Positions 1-10,334 of a stretch of 64,000 nucleotides of DNA are shown in pieces. The stretch is from an uncultured Campylobacterales bacterium (lineage in GTDB: Bacteria; Campylobacterota; Campylobacteria; Campylobacterales; QNZT01), in contig CAZLLE010000078.1 in the NCBI GenBank assembly GCA_964560425.1, positions 16,303 through 80,302 of the forward strand. The letters run 5' to 3'. Position numbers and translations under genes: made by a program. The notes beneath the pieces are model-generated. The model did no database searches. It worked only from the letters and a program-made list of their open reading frames with translations, and was not told the origin of the DNA. How positions within the stretch are numbered: position 1 is the first letter of the stretch; every line of letters begins with the position of its first letter.

Positions 1-2
1 CT

Positions 3-845
3 CTTGCTCCTGAATCACTTCTTCCTTTTGATATTAATCAAAAAGATGCAAAAGTAATATTCAAAAAATGGGTGGGAAGTTTATGGTTTGCACCAAATGA
101 ACTAAAGAAATTTACAAAAACAGAACATAATTTTCAAGGTATTTATCTCCCTTATTGGACTTATGATAGTCAAACTACCAATCACTATAAAGGACAAAGA
201 GGTGATATCTATTATGAAAAAAGATATAGAAGAGTATATATTGAAGGCAGAGAGAGAACTATAGAAGAGTCTGTCGCCAAAATAAGATGGACACCTGTTA
301 GAGGGACGGTAAGAAGATATTTTGATGATGTTTTAATAGGAGCAACACTTAGTATTCCTAGAAAATTAGCAGATAGTTTAGAACCTTGGGACTTGGAAAA
401 TTTAGAAGTATATGATGAAAAATTTTTGAGTGGTTTTGATAGTGAAGTCTATCAAGTATCTCTTGATACTGGATTTGAGTATGCAAAACAACAGATGGAA
501 TATATCATTAGAGAGGCAGTAAGATACCAGATAGGAGGAGACCAACAGCAGATAACTTCCCTAAGAATATATCATGAGAATACTACATTCAAATATATTC
601 TATTACCAATATGGACAGCTCATTTTAAATACAAAAAAAAGGATTACCGTTTTGCAATAAATGCAAGAACAGGAGTAATAAAGGGTGAAAGACCATATAG
701 CAAACTCAAAATATTTTTACTTATATTTGCTATTTTGGTCATTGTAGGAGGATTTTTATATTTTGCAGATTTGGAACAAATAGAAGATAACTTTGAATAT
801 CAGTCTCCACAAAACCCTTTTCATGAAGTTATAATTCTAAAATAA
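3..845 (+). CDS. Hypothetical membrane-anchored protein, 5'-truncated by the window edge
   Basis: The frame is open from nt 3 (LAPESLLPFDINQKDAKVIFKKW...), so the GTG at 72 in the ORF track is probably internal. Stop codon at 843-845. Hydrophobic helix IFLLIFAILVIVGGFLYF near the C-terminus. No family recognised with certainty. Confidence 0.6.
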   Translation, partial: LAPESLLPFDINQKDAKVIFKKWVGSLWFAPNELKKFTKTEHNFQGIYLPYWTYDSQTTNHYKGQRGDIYYEKRYRRVYIEGRERTIEESVAKIRWTPVRGTVRRYFDDVLIGATLSIPRKLADSLEPWDLENLEVYDEKFLSGFDSEVYQVSLDTGFEYAKQQMEYIIREAVRYQIGGDQQQITSLRIYHENTTFKYILLPIWTAHFKYKKKDYRFAINARTGVIKGERPYSKLKIFLLIFAILVIVGGFLYFADLEQIEDNFEYQSPQNPFHEVIILK

Positions 846-1074
846 GCAAATTTTTTAAAATTATTAACATTCTGTTATCTTTTTATTTAGTATGTATTAA
901 CAACCAAGGAGTATAATATTTTTCAGAAGGAGATCGAATCCATCTATATCTTTTTACTCCTTGTATGATATAGATATTTGTCACACACTTGGTTTAGTCC
1001 CCCTCATTGTTTGCCCCAAGAATCAATAGCCAAATCTGCTACTTTGGCTGGAGATTCAAACTTTTCCCATCTAC

Positions 1075-3084
1075 TCATAAAATTGATTTTTGAATAATTT
1101 TTGCATAATTCTCTATTTTACTTGGTAAAATAGTGGATATATTACTCAATGGAGATATAGAGATATTAGAAGCAATTGCATACTCCTGATCATCTGAAAT
1201 AATTCGTTCTCCCTTAACAATAAATTTATATATACCTGCTGGTAAATTTTCTACTAAAACTTGTTCAATATTATCTACTTTATTTAATTTATTGGCTGTT
1301 GCCAATTTTGTAGGATTGTCTTTATCCAATGTAAATGGATAATATTTTTTTCCACTCTCAATATTTTCTAACCAAATATCAATATCATTAACCAAAGATT
1401 GATTATGTGCGGGATTTGCTTCAGGATCCACCCAACTAATTGTCGCTTTAAAAAGATTTGAAGATTTTAATTCAAATGTAAACTCTTTTCTATCACCATG
1501 TAACATTTTTCCTGAATATATTAATGGAGAAGTAGAATCCAAAGATCTAACGGTATCAACTGCAGCTTTTGCATCAATTAAACCAAATCCTACTTCATAA
1601 TCTGGACCTTTTCTCCCTTTATCTATAGCTGTATTAGCTAAAACAGATTTTAAAATATCATGACGAATTTCATACCCGCCTGTAATCATTTGAAACTGCT
1701 GAGCTACTAAAATACCAATACCTGTAGCAGAAGGAGAAGCCATGGATGTACCACTCATCCACTCATAATGGTCATCTTTATCAGGGGCACTTGAATAGAC
1801 ATAAGACCCCCTAGTACATAACTCTGGTTTAATCCTACCATCTGAAGTGGGTCCTTTTGAACTATAATCTGCTACATTTTTCGCTGCCAAATCTAAAGCA
1901 CCTATTGTAAAAATATTTTTTGAATTTCCTGGTCCCTTTATAAAACCATATTCAGGGTAGCTATCATCAATACCATCATTACCAGATGCTTCAAAAAGAT
2001 TTAAATATGGATTACTATATATTGCACGATCTTGAGTTGATGCTTCTGAATCATATTCACCCAATTGAATCTTTTCATTATATCCATAAGAGTGGTTGGA
2101 AAAAAGAACCCCATATTTGTTATACATATCAACTGAAGCATCAGCAAAAGCACTATTATCAAAACTATAACTATATATAGTTACATCATTTGCCATGCCA
2201 TGAGCTTTTTCGTCTACTCCCATTGCACCTATAGTTCCTGCAACATGTGTAGCATGTGCATTATAGATATCATTATTCTTTTCTAAAATTACTCTACTAG
2301 TTCCTAGTTTAATAAATTCATTATGCGTAACCCTCGTTGCCCCACCATCAACAACTCCTACTTTCATACCTTCACCATTAAGTTGATATTCACCGCCCCA
2401 AAGCTGATCTACATTTGAGTAGTGTGCTGACTTTAAATTTCTATCTACTTTTTTTGAGATTTTCTCTACAGATAGAGTGGAGATAGTATGAATCTCTTCA
2501 ATATATTGAACAAGTGGAAGTTTTTTTAGTTTTTCCAATTCAGATACAAAAAGTTTAATTTTTGCAGATCTTAAAGATGGCATTGCCATATTAATATAAA
2601 TATCCAAACCATACTTATCAAAATAATCAATTAGATCATCTTCACTCATCTCCTTTAAAAAAAGTACATTAATATCCAACATATCATTCATAGAGTAAGT
2701 ACCCAAAATATTATCTGAATGAAGGCTTGGAGGAGTAGTAAACTCAACTTCCATAGTAGAGTAAGATAAAATAAACTCTCTACTATCTAATATATTTTTA
2801 ATTACTTCACTAGTTGCATAAAAATAATAACTTAGATCTCCAGCATAAACAATATTTTCTATACCATCTTCATATAATGACTCTTTTTGTGAGAGACTTA
2901 ATGGCTCTTGGACTTGAACAATAATTGTCTGTTTAGCTTTACTATTAGAATAAACTCCTAGGGATTTATTGTTATCTTTCGTATCAAAAACAACATCTTC
3001 ACCACCTAATACCAAAGCACTAGATATAGTTGGTAATAAAATCGAACTAAGTGTCGAAGCTAATAAAATTTTTCTTATACCCAT
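1075..3084 (-). CDS. Secreted subtilisin-like (S8) serine protease with N-terminal propeptide-like region and C-terminal beta-rich domain
   Basis: Asp/His/Ser triad contexts VGVVDGG, HATHVAGTIG and GTSMASPSATG. N-terminal signal peptide MGIRKILLASTLSSILLPTISSALV. RBS GAAGGAA upstream of the ATG. Confidence 0.9.
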   Translation of the reverse strand: MGIRKILLASTLSSILLPTISSALVLGGEDVVFDTKDNNKSLGVYSNSKAKQTIIVQVQEPLSLSQKESLYEDGIENIVYAGDLSYYFYATSEVIKNILDSREFILSYSTMEVEFTTPPSLHSDNILGTYSMNDMLDINVLFLKEMSEDDLIDYFDKYGLDIYINMAMPSLRSAKIKLFVSELEKLKKLPLVQYIEEIHTISTLSVEKISKKVDRNLKSAHYSNVDQLWGGEYQLNGEGMKVGVVDGGATRVTHNEFIKLGTSRVILEKNNDIYNAHATHVAGTIGAMGVDEKAHGMANDVTIYSYSFDNSAFADASVDMYNKYGVLFSNHSYGYNEKIQLGEYDSEASTQDRAIYSNPYLNLFEASGNDGIDDSYPEYGFIKGPGNSKNIFTIGALDLAAKNVADYSSKGPTSDGRIKPELCTRGSYVYSSAPDKDDHYEWMSGTSMASPSATGIGILVAQQFQMITGGYEIRHDILKSVLANTAIDKGRKGPDYEVGFGLIDAKAAVDTVRSLDSTSPLIYSGKMLHGDRKEFTFELKSSNLFKATISWVDPEANPAHNQSLVNDIDIWLENIESGKKYYPFTLDKDNPTKLATANKLNKVDNIEQVLVENLPAGIYKFIVKGERIISDDQEYAIASNISISPLSNISTILPSKIENYAKIIQKSIL

Positions 3085-3281
3085 AAATATTCCTTCTTTT
3101 TCATATCTCTGTTATCTAATTCGGTAAATATAAAATTTTATTAATAACTTTTTTTTACTTTTAATCATAAAAAGAAAGAAAATATCTACTTGTTACAAAA
3201 TGTATCTATTGAATATAATGAGAGAGGCAAACATAAAATTTTTGTGATATAATCTTAAAAATTTATTTAACTAGGTAATTC

Positions 3282-4244
3282 ATGAGAGTATTGACCGCTA
3301 TTCAGCCATCTGGGGCTATTCATATAGGTAACTATTTTGGGGCTATCAAGCCCATGTTGGAGCTACAAGAGAGTAATGAACTCTTTTTATTTATTGCAAA
3401 TTATCATGCACTTACTTCTGGTACAGATGCAGAAGTTTTAAAGGAGAATAGCATTGATGCTGCTATTACTTTTTTGTCACTTGGAATTGATCCAAATAAA
3501 ACTACATTTTGGACACAATCGCATGTAAAAGAGGTGTTAGAGTTATATTGGATTTTATCAAGCTACACACCAATGGGACTTTTAGAGAGAGCTCATAGTT
3601 ATAAAGATAAAGTTGCCAAAGGCATTAGTGCAAATCATGCACTCTTTTCATATCCAGTTCTTATGGCAGCAGATATTTTACTTTATGATGCACAGATTGT
3701 TCCTGTAGGAAAAGATCAAATACAACATGTAGAGATAACAAGAGATATAGCACAAAAATTTAATAATGATCATGGAGATATTTTTACACTTCCAAAATTT
3801 AAAGTAGATGAAAATCTAGCAACTGTTCCCGGAATAGATGGGGCAAAAATGAGTAAAAGTTATAAAAATACAATTGATCTATTCCAAAGTGAAAAAAAGC
3901 TCAAAAAGCAGGTTGGAAAAATTGTTTCAGACTCTACTCCAATAGAGGAGCCTAAAGAGTATGAAAATTGTAATATTTTTGCATTATGTAAACTATTTTT
4001 AGATGATAATGGAATAGAAGAGTTAAAAGCTAGATATAAAAGAGGTGGAGAGGGTCATGGTCACTTCAAAATGTACCTCAAAGATATCATGATAGAACAC
4101 TTTGCAAAAGCCTCAGAAAAAAGAGCTTATTATATGGATAATAAAAAAGATGTCCAAGAGATACTAGAAGAGGGAGCAAAAAAAGCTAAACTAATTGCTA
4201 GTGAAAAAATGAAAATTATAAGAGATGCCGTAGGCATCATATAA
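3282..4244 (+). CDS. trpS: Tryptophan--tRNA ligase
   Basis: Class I motifs HIGNYFG (HIGH) and KMSKS. Length of 320 aa is typical. Sits directly upstream of serS. Confidence 0.95.
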   Translation: MRVLTAIQPSGAIHIGNYFGAIKPMLELQESNELFLFIANYHALTSGTDAEVLKENSIDAAITFLSLGIDPNKTTFWTQSHVKEVLELYWILSSYTPMGLLERAHSYKDKVAKGISANHALFSYPVLMAADILLYDAQIVPVGKDQIQHVEITRDIAQKFNNDHGDIFTLPKFKVDENLATVPGIDGAKMSKSYKNTIDLFQSEKKLKKQVGKIVSDSTPIEEPKEYENCNIFALCKLFLDDNGIEELKARYKRGGEGHGHFKMYLKDIMIEHFAKASEKRAYYMDNKKDVQEILEEGAKKAKLIASEKMKIIRDAVGII

Positions 4245-4261
4245 AAAAGGAAAAGAATAAT

Positions 4262-5509
4262 ATGCTTGATTTAAAAGCCCTACAAAATGATTTTGAAACA
4301 GTTGCAGATAAACTAAAAAAGAAAAAAGTAGATCCATCGCTGTTAGAACAACTAAAAAAATTATCTTTATCTTTAAAGGATCAAAGAAAATCATTAGAAC
4401 TATTACAAGCAGATCAAAATGCAAAAAGTAAACTTTTCCCTATATACAAAAAAGAGGGAAAAGATATAGCTGAACTAAAAGCTATACTTGATAAGAATAA
4501 ACAAAAAATTACAAAAGAGCAGGATATAGTCAGAGAGCTAGAAGAGAAACTTTCACAAATTGCACTAAATGTTCCAAATATTCCAGATGAGAGTGTTCCT
4601 GAAGGAGATGATGAAGATAGTAATATTGAGATAAGAAGAGTATTAGATATACCAACATTTAATTTTGAACCTAAAGAGCATTGGGATATAGATAAAGAGC
4701 AAAATTGGATAGATTTTGAAAGAGGTGTCAAACTCTCTAAAAGTCGTTTTTCTGTTTTAAAAAATAGAGCGGCAAGAATAGAGAGAGCATTAATCAACTA
4801 TATGTTAGATTTTAATAGAAAAAGAGGATTTGAAGAGGTTTCTGTACCATACATAGTCAACAGAGAAACACTTATGGGTACAGGTCAACTTCCAAAATTT
4901 GAAGATGATCTATTCAAAATTGAGGGTGAAGATCTATTTCTTATTCCAACAGCAGAAGTACCTGTTACAAATCTATTCAGAGATGAAATTTTAAAAGAGG
5001 ATGAACTTCCAATAAAACTAACCTCTTTTACTGCTTGTTTTAGAAAAGAGGCAGGAAGTGCAGGAAGAGATACTAGAGGAATGATTAGACAACACCAATT
5101 TGGAAAAGTAGAGTTAGTATCTATATCTAAACCAGAAAATAGCGATAAAATTTTTGATGAGATGGTAAATTGTGCAAGTGATCTATTGGAATCTTTAGAG
5201 TTGCCACACAGATTAGTAGAATTATGCGGTGGAGATTTGGGATTTAGTGCAGCAAAAACGGTAGATATTGAAGTTTGGTTACCAGGGCAAAATAGATATA
5301 GAGAGATTAGTTCAATCTCTAATACAAGAGATTTTCAAGCTCGTCGTGCCAAAATCAGGTATAAAAAGGGTAAAAAGAATAGCCTTGTACATACACTAAA
5401 TGGTTCATCTTTGGCAGTAGGAAGATGTTTAATTGCAATTATGGAAAATTATCAACAAGAGGATGGATCAATTGCCATACCTAGAGTTTTACAACCATAC
5501 TTAGATTAA
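4262..5509 (+). CDS. serS: Serine--tRNA ligase
   Basis: N-terminal coiled-coil arm plus class II core ([42 protein letters not shown]). RBS AAGGAAAAG. Confidence 0.95.
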   Translation: MLDLKALQNDFETVADKLKKKKVDPSLLEQLKKLSLSLKDQRKSLELLQADQNAKSKLFPIYKKEGKDIAELKAILDKNKQKITKEQDIVRELEEKLSQIALNVPNIPDESVPEGDDEDSNIEIRRVLDIPTFNFEPKEHWDIDKEQNWIDFERGVKLSKSRFSVLKNRAARIERALINYMLDFNRKRGFEEVSVPYIVNRETLMGTGQLPKFEDDLFKIEGEDLFLIPTAEVPVTNLFRDEILKEDELPIKLTSFTACFRKEAGSAGRDTRGMIRQHQFGKVELVSISKPENSDKIFDEMVNCASDLLESLELPHRLVELCGGDLGFSAAKTVDIEVWLPGQNRYREISSISNTRDFQARRAKIRYKKGKKNSLVHTLNGSSLAVGRCLIAIMENYQQEDGSIAIPRVLQPYLD

Positions 5510-5518
5510 GAGTGAAAT

Positions 5519-7831
5519 ATGGCTGAAAATGAAATTATTATCTTAGATGATGAGTTTGATGAAGATGAAGATTTAGATTTTGAAGATGAAGAACATACGC
5601 AAAGTATAAATCCAGCTTCTCAAAATAGCAATACAAAATTATATATAGCTATTGCTCTTTTAAGCTTCATGACTCTATTGGTTATAATATTTTTAGCCTA
5701 CACTTACTATACAAAGCAACAAGAACAAGAGATAGATAAAGAGCCAGAGGCTCAGGAGATTATTACAAAAATAAAAGCAAGAGAAGAGGAGAAGAACAAG
5801 GTAAAAGATAGATTAAACTTAACTAAAAAAGAGCAAGCTGATCAACTTTTTAGTGAAGGCAAAGAGAGAAAGGCTCTCAAAATATATCAAAATATCTCAT
5901 CTTATAATAATGCTCTATCCTTTTATAATATAGGTGTAGCACATCTTAAAGAGAAAAAGTATAATGAAGCAATTGAATCATTTTTACACTCCATGGGACA
6001 TGAAAAATTACTATTTGAGAGTGCCATAAACATAGCTGTAGCATACTTTAATCAAGATGATAAAGAGAACTTTCAAAAATATTTAGATCTATCAATAGAG
6101 TATCTATCTACAACAGTTAAAACACCACTATATAGTTATTATAGAGCTCTCACAGATTATTATAGTAGACAATTTCCAGAGACTATTGTGCCACTTAAAT
6201 ACCAAACTTCAGATCATTATCAAGAGAAACAGAGATATATAATTGCCAAAATATATAGTGCTTTAAAAAATGAATCCTTGGCTATTAAGGCTTTAGAACT
6301 TAATAATGATCCAAAAGACAACTTTACACTAGGTCTTTTAAACGCAAGATTAGGGCAATATAGAGCAGCACAAAAATATCTCTCTCAAGCACTAGAAGAT
6401 AGAGAAAATAGGCTTAAATCAAAAATATCTCTATCTTTAGTAGAAAACAAGATGGGCGAATTAAAAAGTGCCGCAGATAGACTTCGTAGTGCAAAAACCG
6501 AGTCTCCTGATAAAGCTGAAGAGTTATATCCCATTAAAGTGATACTAAAAGAGTCATTTTTTGATCCTATTGCTGCTCAAAGAGATTTTAAACAGCAACT
6601 ATTTTTTACACAAAGATACAAATATGCACTAATATTTTATTATGCTCCATATAATGCTATTGCCACAAAACAGACACTAAACAAAATAAATCAAGGTGTT
6701 AAAAATATATATATTAATAAAACATCATATGCAATTAATAAATTAGATTTGAGTAAAAATATTTCTGATGCAAACTTAGAAAACTCTAGAGGTATAGAGA
6801 AGGTACTCTCTCATAAAATGTATGAAGCAAAAAATATTTTTGAAAAAGGGATAAAAAAATATCCTAGTAGTGCTGAACTTCATTACAATTTGGGATTAAC
6901 TTATGCAAACTTATTTAATTTTCAAAAAGCTTATGAACACTTCAAAAAAAGTTATACTCTAAATAATAACAATCATATGGCAAAAATTTTTTCGTACTAT
7001 TGTGGCTCTCTAACTAATAAGAAACAAGAGAGTAAAGAGATGAATATTTTAGAAAAAGAGATATCTTACCTTCCTGAAAGTAGATATAAAGATAGAATCT
7101 TATCACTCATAGCAATTTCAAGAAAAAGCTTTGGTCTTAATACAAATTTAACAACAAAAAAAGAGCCTTTTGATGAGATACTTATGCTTATTTTTGCAAG
7201 ACACAAAGAGGAGTCAACAGCATATAAACAAAGTAGTACAAATCTTTTAAACATGTTACCAAATGATATTATTGCAAATATTCTTCATATTGATGCATTT
7301 AATGATAAAGAGAATATCAAAGAGTATGCACTTGAGATTCAAAAAAAATTAACAAGAAAAAATATAGATTATAAACCACTTATCTATGGTGGATCTTTGG
7401 CTAAAGAGCTATATATAAATACACTAAATATAGCTGGTATTGTAAGTTACGCCAAAAACTCTTTAAAAAGAAGAGAGAGTAAACAAAAAAAAGAGAGCAT
7501 AGCACTTCTTCAATCCATAGCTTATGCTGATATATTTTTACGAGATTTTCAAGAATCTTTTGATATATATAATAAACTAATTGATAAATACAATCAAAAA
7601 GATACAAATACTCTATTTCTAGCATCTGTAGCAGCAATAGGAGCAAAACATCATGCCCAAGCTATTGCACTTTTAGAGCTTGCAAAACTTAGTGACACAT
7701 CAAATTTGGAGAGTCGATATGCATTAGGTCTACTATATCAAGAGGCTAAAAATTTTGATGGAGCTTCTATACAATATAATAAAATTGGTGATATCAAATT
7801 TAAATCTCGATATTTTGATTTTCATTTGTAA
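5519..7831 (+). CDS. Large TPR-repeat inner-membrane protein, PflB-like by position
   Basis: Acidic N-terminus, one TM helix (LYIAIALLSFMTLLVIIFLAY), then many TPR-like helical repeats. As I recall, the C. jejuni flagellar scaffold gene pflB (Cj0390) sits immediately after serS. The assignment is by synteny and architecture only. Confidence 0.55.
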   Translation: MAENEIIILDDEFDEDEDLDFEDEEHTQSINPASQNSNTKLYIAIALLSFMTLLVIIFLAYTYYTKQQEQEIDKEPEAQEIITKIKAREEEKNKVKDRLNLTKKEQADQLFSEGKERKALKIYQNISSYNNALSFYNIGVAHLKEKKYNEAIESFLHSMGHEKLLFESAINIAVAYFNQDDKENFQKYLDLSIEYLSTTVKTPLYSYYRALTDYYSRQFPETIVPLKYQTSDHYQEKQRYIIAKIYSALKNESLAIKALELNNDPKDNFTLGLLNARLGQYRAAQKYLSQALEDRENRLKSKISLSLVENKMGELKSAADRLRSAKTESPDKAEELYPIKVILKESFFDPIAAQRDFKQQLFFTQRYKYALIFYYAPYNAIATKQTLNKINQGVKNIYINKTSYAINKLDLSKNISDANLENSRGIEKVLSHKMYEAKNIFEKGIKKYPSSAELHYNLGLTYANLFNFQKAYEHFKKSYTLNNNNHMAKIFSYYCGSLTNKKQESKEMNILEKEISYLPESRYKDRILSLIAISRKSFGLNTNLTTKKEPFDEILMLIFARHKEESTAYKQSSTNLLNMLPNDIIANILHIDAFNDKENIKEYALEIQKKLTRKNIDYKPLIYGGSLAKELYINTLNIAGIVSYAKNSLKRRESKQKKESIALLQSIAYADIFLRDFQESFDIYNKLIDKYNQKDTNTLFLASVAAIGAKHHAQAIALLELAKLSDTSNLESRYALGLLYQEAKNFDGASIQYNKIGDIKFKSRYFDFHL

Positions 7832-7980
7832 TACTAATCCCCACGAAGGAGTATAAATTCAAAACTTAATTCATTCTGAATAGCCATTTTTAAAGTAAAA
7901 TGTTATTTTGTTTTTCGCTTAAAGTGCTATAATTTTTTACTTTTAAAAAAACTCTGTTTTTTAATGTTTGAGGAGTGATT

Positions 7981-8961
7981 ATGACAAAACGACAGTGGGT
8001 ATGGTTATGGATATGGATTTTAACCTTCTTTTTTATTTTTTGTATTTGGAGTAAATTGCAAAATATGCAAGAAGAGTCAAGAAGTAGAGTAACTGTTGCA
8101 AAAATAGTTACCCCCATCAAAAAAGAGTTAAGTTTTAAAATAGTTAAAGATGATAAAAAAATTAAAATTATTGCACTAGTGCCAGATGAAGAGTCTGCAC
8201 AAAAACTTATTGAACCATTCAAAAATTTTCAATCTGATATTGATAGAAGTGAGATTACAATTGATAAAAATACGCATGAGAGTCAAATATTGGATAAAAT
8301 CTCTAGTTTAAGCCCTAATTTTACTAGATTGCAATCTGGATATATTGAATATGGTGATCACAAACTAATTTTAGATGGAATCACTAATAATCAAGAGATC
8401 AAAGATAAACTTTATGCACAAGCATTAAAAATAGAGGATATTGATATTGAAAATAAAATTTTTATTGATGATATAAAATCTATAGAAGAGAGTATGAAAA
8501 CTATTGATAGTAGTATATCTGCTGTTGAAATAGAGATAGATAATATATCTGAAAATGATGGTACAACTCAACAAGAAGAGGAAAAAAGTATAAGTGAAAT
8601 TCAAGCTGAACTAGATTCCATAATGAAAAATCAAAAAGTCGAGTTTAAATATGGCACAAATCTTTTAACATATCAAGGTAAAAATAGTGTTGATAAAGTT
8701 TTAGCATTTTTGAAAAAATATCCTCATATCAAAATTGAAATAGGTGGACATACAGATTCAGATGGAAGAAGAAAGAGTAATCAAATTTTAAGTCAAAAAA
8801 GAGCTGATTTCATTAAATCGTACTTCATAGATAACGATGTACAAAGTAGTAGACTCACTTCTGTTGGATATGGGGAGACTCAAAATATTGTTACAAATGA
8901 CTCTTTGGAAAATAAACAAAAGAACAGAAGAGTTGAATTTAAAATTATAGGAGAAGAGTAG
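7981..8961 (+). CDS. Membrane-anchored OmpA/MotB-type peptidoglycan-binding protein
   Basis: C-terminal OmpA-like signature GGHTDSDGRRKSNQILSQKRADFIKSYF...NRRVEFKI and an N-terminal TM helix. ATG at 7981 follows RBS GAGGAG, so it is preferred over the GTG at 7975. Confidence 0.8.
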   Translation: MTKRQWVWLWIWILTFFFIFCIWSKLQNMQEESRSRVTVAKIVTPIKKELSFKIVKDDKKIKIIALVPDEESAQKLIEPFKNFQSDIDRSEITIDKNTHESQILDKISSLSPNFTRLQSGYIEYGDHKLILDGITNNQEIKDKLYAQALKIEDIDIENKIFIDDIKSIEESMKTIDSSISAVEIEIDNISENDGTTQQEEEKSISEIQAELDSIMKNQKVEFKYGTNLLTYQGKNSVDKVLAFLKKYPHIKIEIGGHTDSDGRRKSNQILSQKRADFIKSYFIDNDVQSSRLTSVGYGETQNIVTNDSLENKQKNRRVEFKIIGEE

Positions 8962-8962
8962 T

Positions 8963-9451
8963 ATGTTAGAATTAGCAACTAAAATGGCTTTATGCCTTAT
9001 AATTGCCGCAATTATAGGTGGTATCATAGGTTATCTGCTTGGTAGAATTGCAAAATGCAAACAAGAAGATAGAGAATATCTAGCGGGTAGCTTAAGTGAT
9101 TATAATGATCAACAAAATAGCAGTAATGGATATATTAGCATGAAAGATGCAAAATATACAACACCAACAGCAAAACTTAAAGATTCCATTCATGGAGTAG
9201 CTCCAGAACAACTTAATGAACCAAAAGGGAAAAGAGATAATCTCAAAGATATTAAGGGTATTGGACTAAGTATTGAAACACTATTAAATGATTTGGGAAT
9301 ATATCATTATGATCAAATTGCCTCTTGGGATAAGGATAATATTAATTGGATAGAGAGAGAGTTAGATTTTAAAGGTCGTATTGATAGAGAAGAGTGGGTT
9401 TCTCAAGCTAAAATCCTCTCTACCTCAATTTTGACAAAACACAAGTACTAA
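8963..9451 (+). CDS. Small membrane protein with C-terminal helix-hairpin-helix / H3TH-like domain (COG3743-type)
   Basis: N-terminal TM helix. C-terminal DNLKDIKGIGLSIETLLNDLGIYHYDQIASW...GRIDREEWVSQAKIL matches the widespread GIGP-type H3TH module. The start is 2 nt after the upstream stop, with RBS GGAGAAGAG. Confidence 0.5.
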   Translation: MLELATKMALCLIIAAIIGGIIGYLLGRIAKCKQEDREYLAGSLSDYNDQQNSSNGYISMKDAKYTTPTAKLKDSIHGVAPEQLNEPKGKRDNLKDIKGIGLSIETLLNDLGIYHYDQIASWDKDNINWIERELDFKGRIDREEWVSQAKILSTSILTKHKY

Positions 9452-9530
9452 TATACTAAATGATCTTCTTTAAATAGATAGTAGACCAAATATAATTTAA
9501 AATTTTTGCGATACAATATCACTTCTAATA

Positions 9531-9570
9531 CCAACTCCCATTAAGAATCACAATTCTAAGGGGGAGTTGG
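9531..9570. other. Long near-perfect stem-loop (about 18 bp, CACA tetraloop) in the intergenic region
   Basis: CCAACTCCCATTAAGAAT-CACA-ATTCTAAGGGGGAGTTGG, with two mismatches by hand pairing. No strong U-tract follows. It lies 80 nt after the stop at 9451 and 150 nt before hisH. Confidence 0.4.
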
Positions 9571-9722
9571 AATTAAATAATTTTCATATAGAAAGATAGA
9601 ACCAATAATAATGATTCTCTTATCTCACCACAAAAACATATTCAACATACTACATAATAGTACAGCAAAAAACCAAATTAATAATTTTTGTATAAAATTA
9701 TAGAAGGAACAAAAATAAATCC

Positions 9723-10334
9723 ATGATAGCAATAATTGATTATAATATGGGAAACCTACGAAGTGTAGAAAATGCTTTAGATAAAATAGGTAGTAAGTCA
9801 AAAATACTCAAAGATCCTCAAAAACTTTCATCTTATGATAAAGTCATTTTACCAGGGGTAGGAGCATTTGGTGATGCAATGGAACATCTAAATCAAAATG
9901 GAATGAAAGAGGCTATAGTAGAGTTTGCAAATAGTGGAAAACCGTTCTTGGGTGTTTGCCTAGGAATGCAACTACTTTTTGAAAAGGGTGAAGAGTTTGG
10001 CGAACATCTCGGTCTTGGTATTATTGAGGGAGAGGTTAAAGCTTTTGATAAAGATAAATTTTCAACACCTATGAAAATACCACATATGGGCTGGAATGAT
10101 CTTATAGTAGAGAAAGATTCTCCACTATTTAAAGATATGCCAAAATCATTTTATCTATATTTTGTACACAGTTTCCATGTTGTAACATCCCCACGATATA
10201 TTATTGGAAAAACAATCTATGGGTATGATTTTACATCAGCTGTTCAAAAAGATAATATTTTTGGATTTCAACCACATCCAGAAAAATCACATGATAATGG
10301 ATTACAAATACTTAAAAATTTTATGGAGTTATAA
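9723..10334 (+). CDS. hisH: Imidazole glycerol phosphate synthase, glutamine amidotransferase subunit
   Basis: Class I GATase catalytic context [10 protein letters not shown] and HPEKS. Overlaps the hisA start (ATAATG). Confidence 0.95.
   Translation: MIAIIDYNMGNLRSVENALDKIGSKSKILKDPQKLSSYDKVILPGVGAFGDAMEHLNQNGMKEAIVEFANSGKPFLGVCLGMQLLFEKGEEFGEHLGLGIIEGEVKAFDKDKFSTPMKIPHMGWNDLIVEKDSPLFKDMPKSFYLYFVHSFHVVTSPRYIIGKTIYGYDFTSAVQKDNIFGFQPHPEKSHDNGLQILKNFMEL

Noticed and set aside
928-950. GGAGATCGAATCC, which looks like a tRNA T-arm/T-loop (GGTTCGAATCC-like), possibly a tRNA fragment or integration att remnant.
   Set aside because: The flanking bases do not form a T-stem (GGAGA versus CATCT do not pair). 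No acceptor or anticodon arms are recognisable, and no integrase is nearby.
1004-1078. A 24-codon ORF (MSRWEKFESPAKVADLAIDSWGKQ) starting with an ATGA overlap on the stop of the S8 protease gene.
   Set aside because: It is too short, has no recognisable family, and has no independent RBS. The overlap could be a coincidence. It might be a gene remnant, but this cannot be supported.
1986-2180. Many short ORFs in the supplied track lie antisense to or inside the large genes. Examples: 1986-2180, 4191-4424, 4414-4797, 7066-7254, 7401-7646, 8788-9027, 10543-10899, 12478-12902, 13279-13614, 17337-17615, 19749-19997, 24316-24555, 28490-28810, 35448-35723, 42213-43232, 46254-46816, 47306-47814, 49104-49376, 50666-50923, 60488-60712, 61698-61952, 62175-62372.
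   Set aside because: Each is fully contained in a longer ORF on the other strand or in another frame that has clear family signatures. Their translations are low-complexity (Ser/Leu/Ile/Phe-rich), and they lack RBS-like sequences. They are treated as shadow ORFs.
7890-8222. A 110-aa minus-strand ORF spanning the promoter and start region of the OmpA-like gene.
   Set aside because: It overlaps the better-supported plus-strand gene, which has an OmpA signature, an RBS and a TM helix. Its product is low-complexity.
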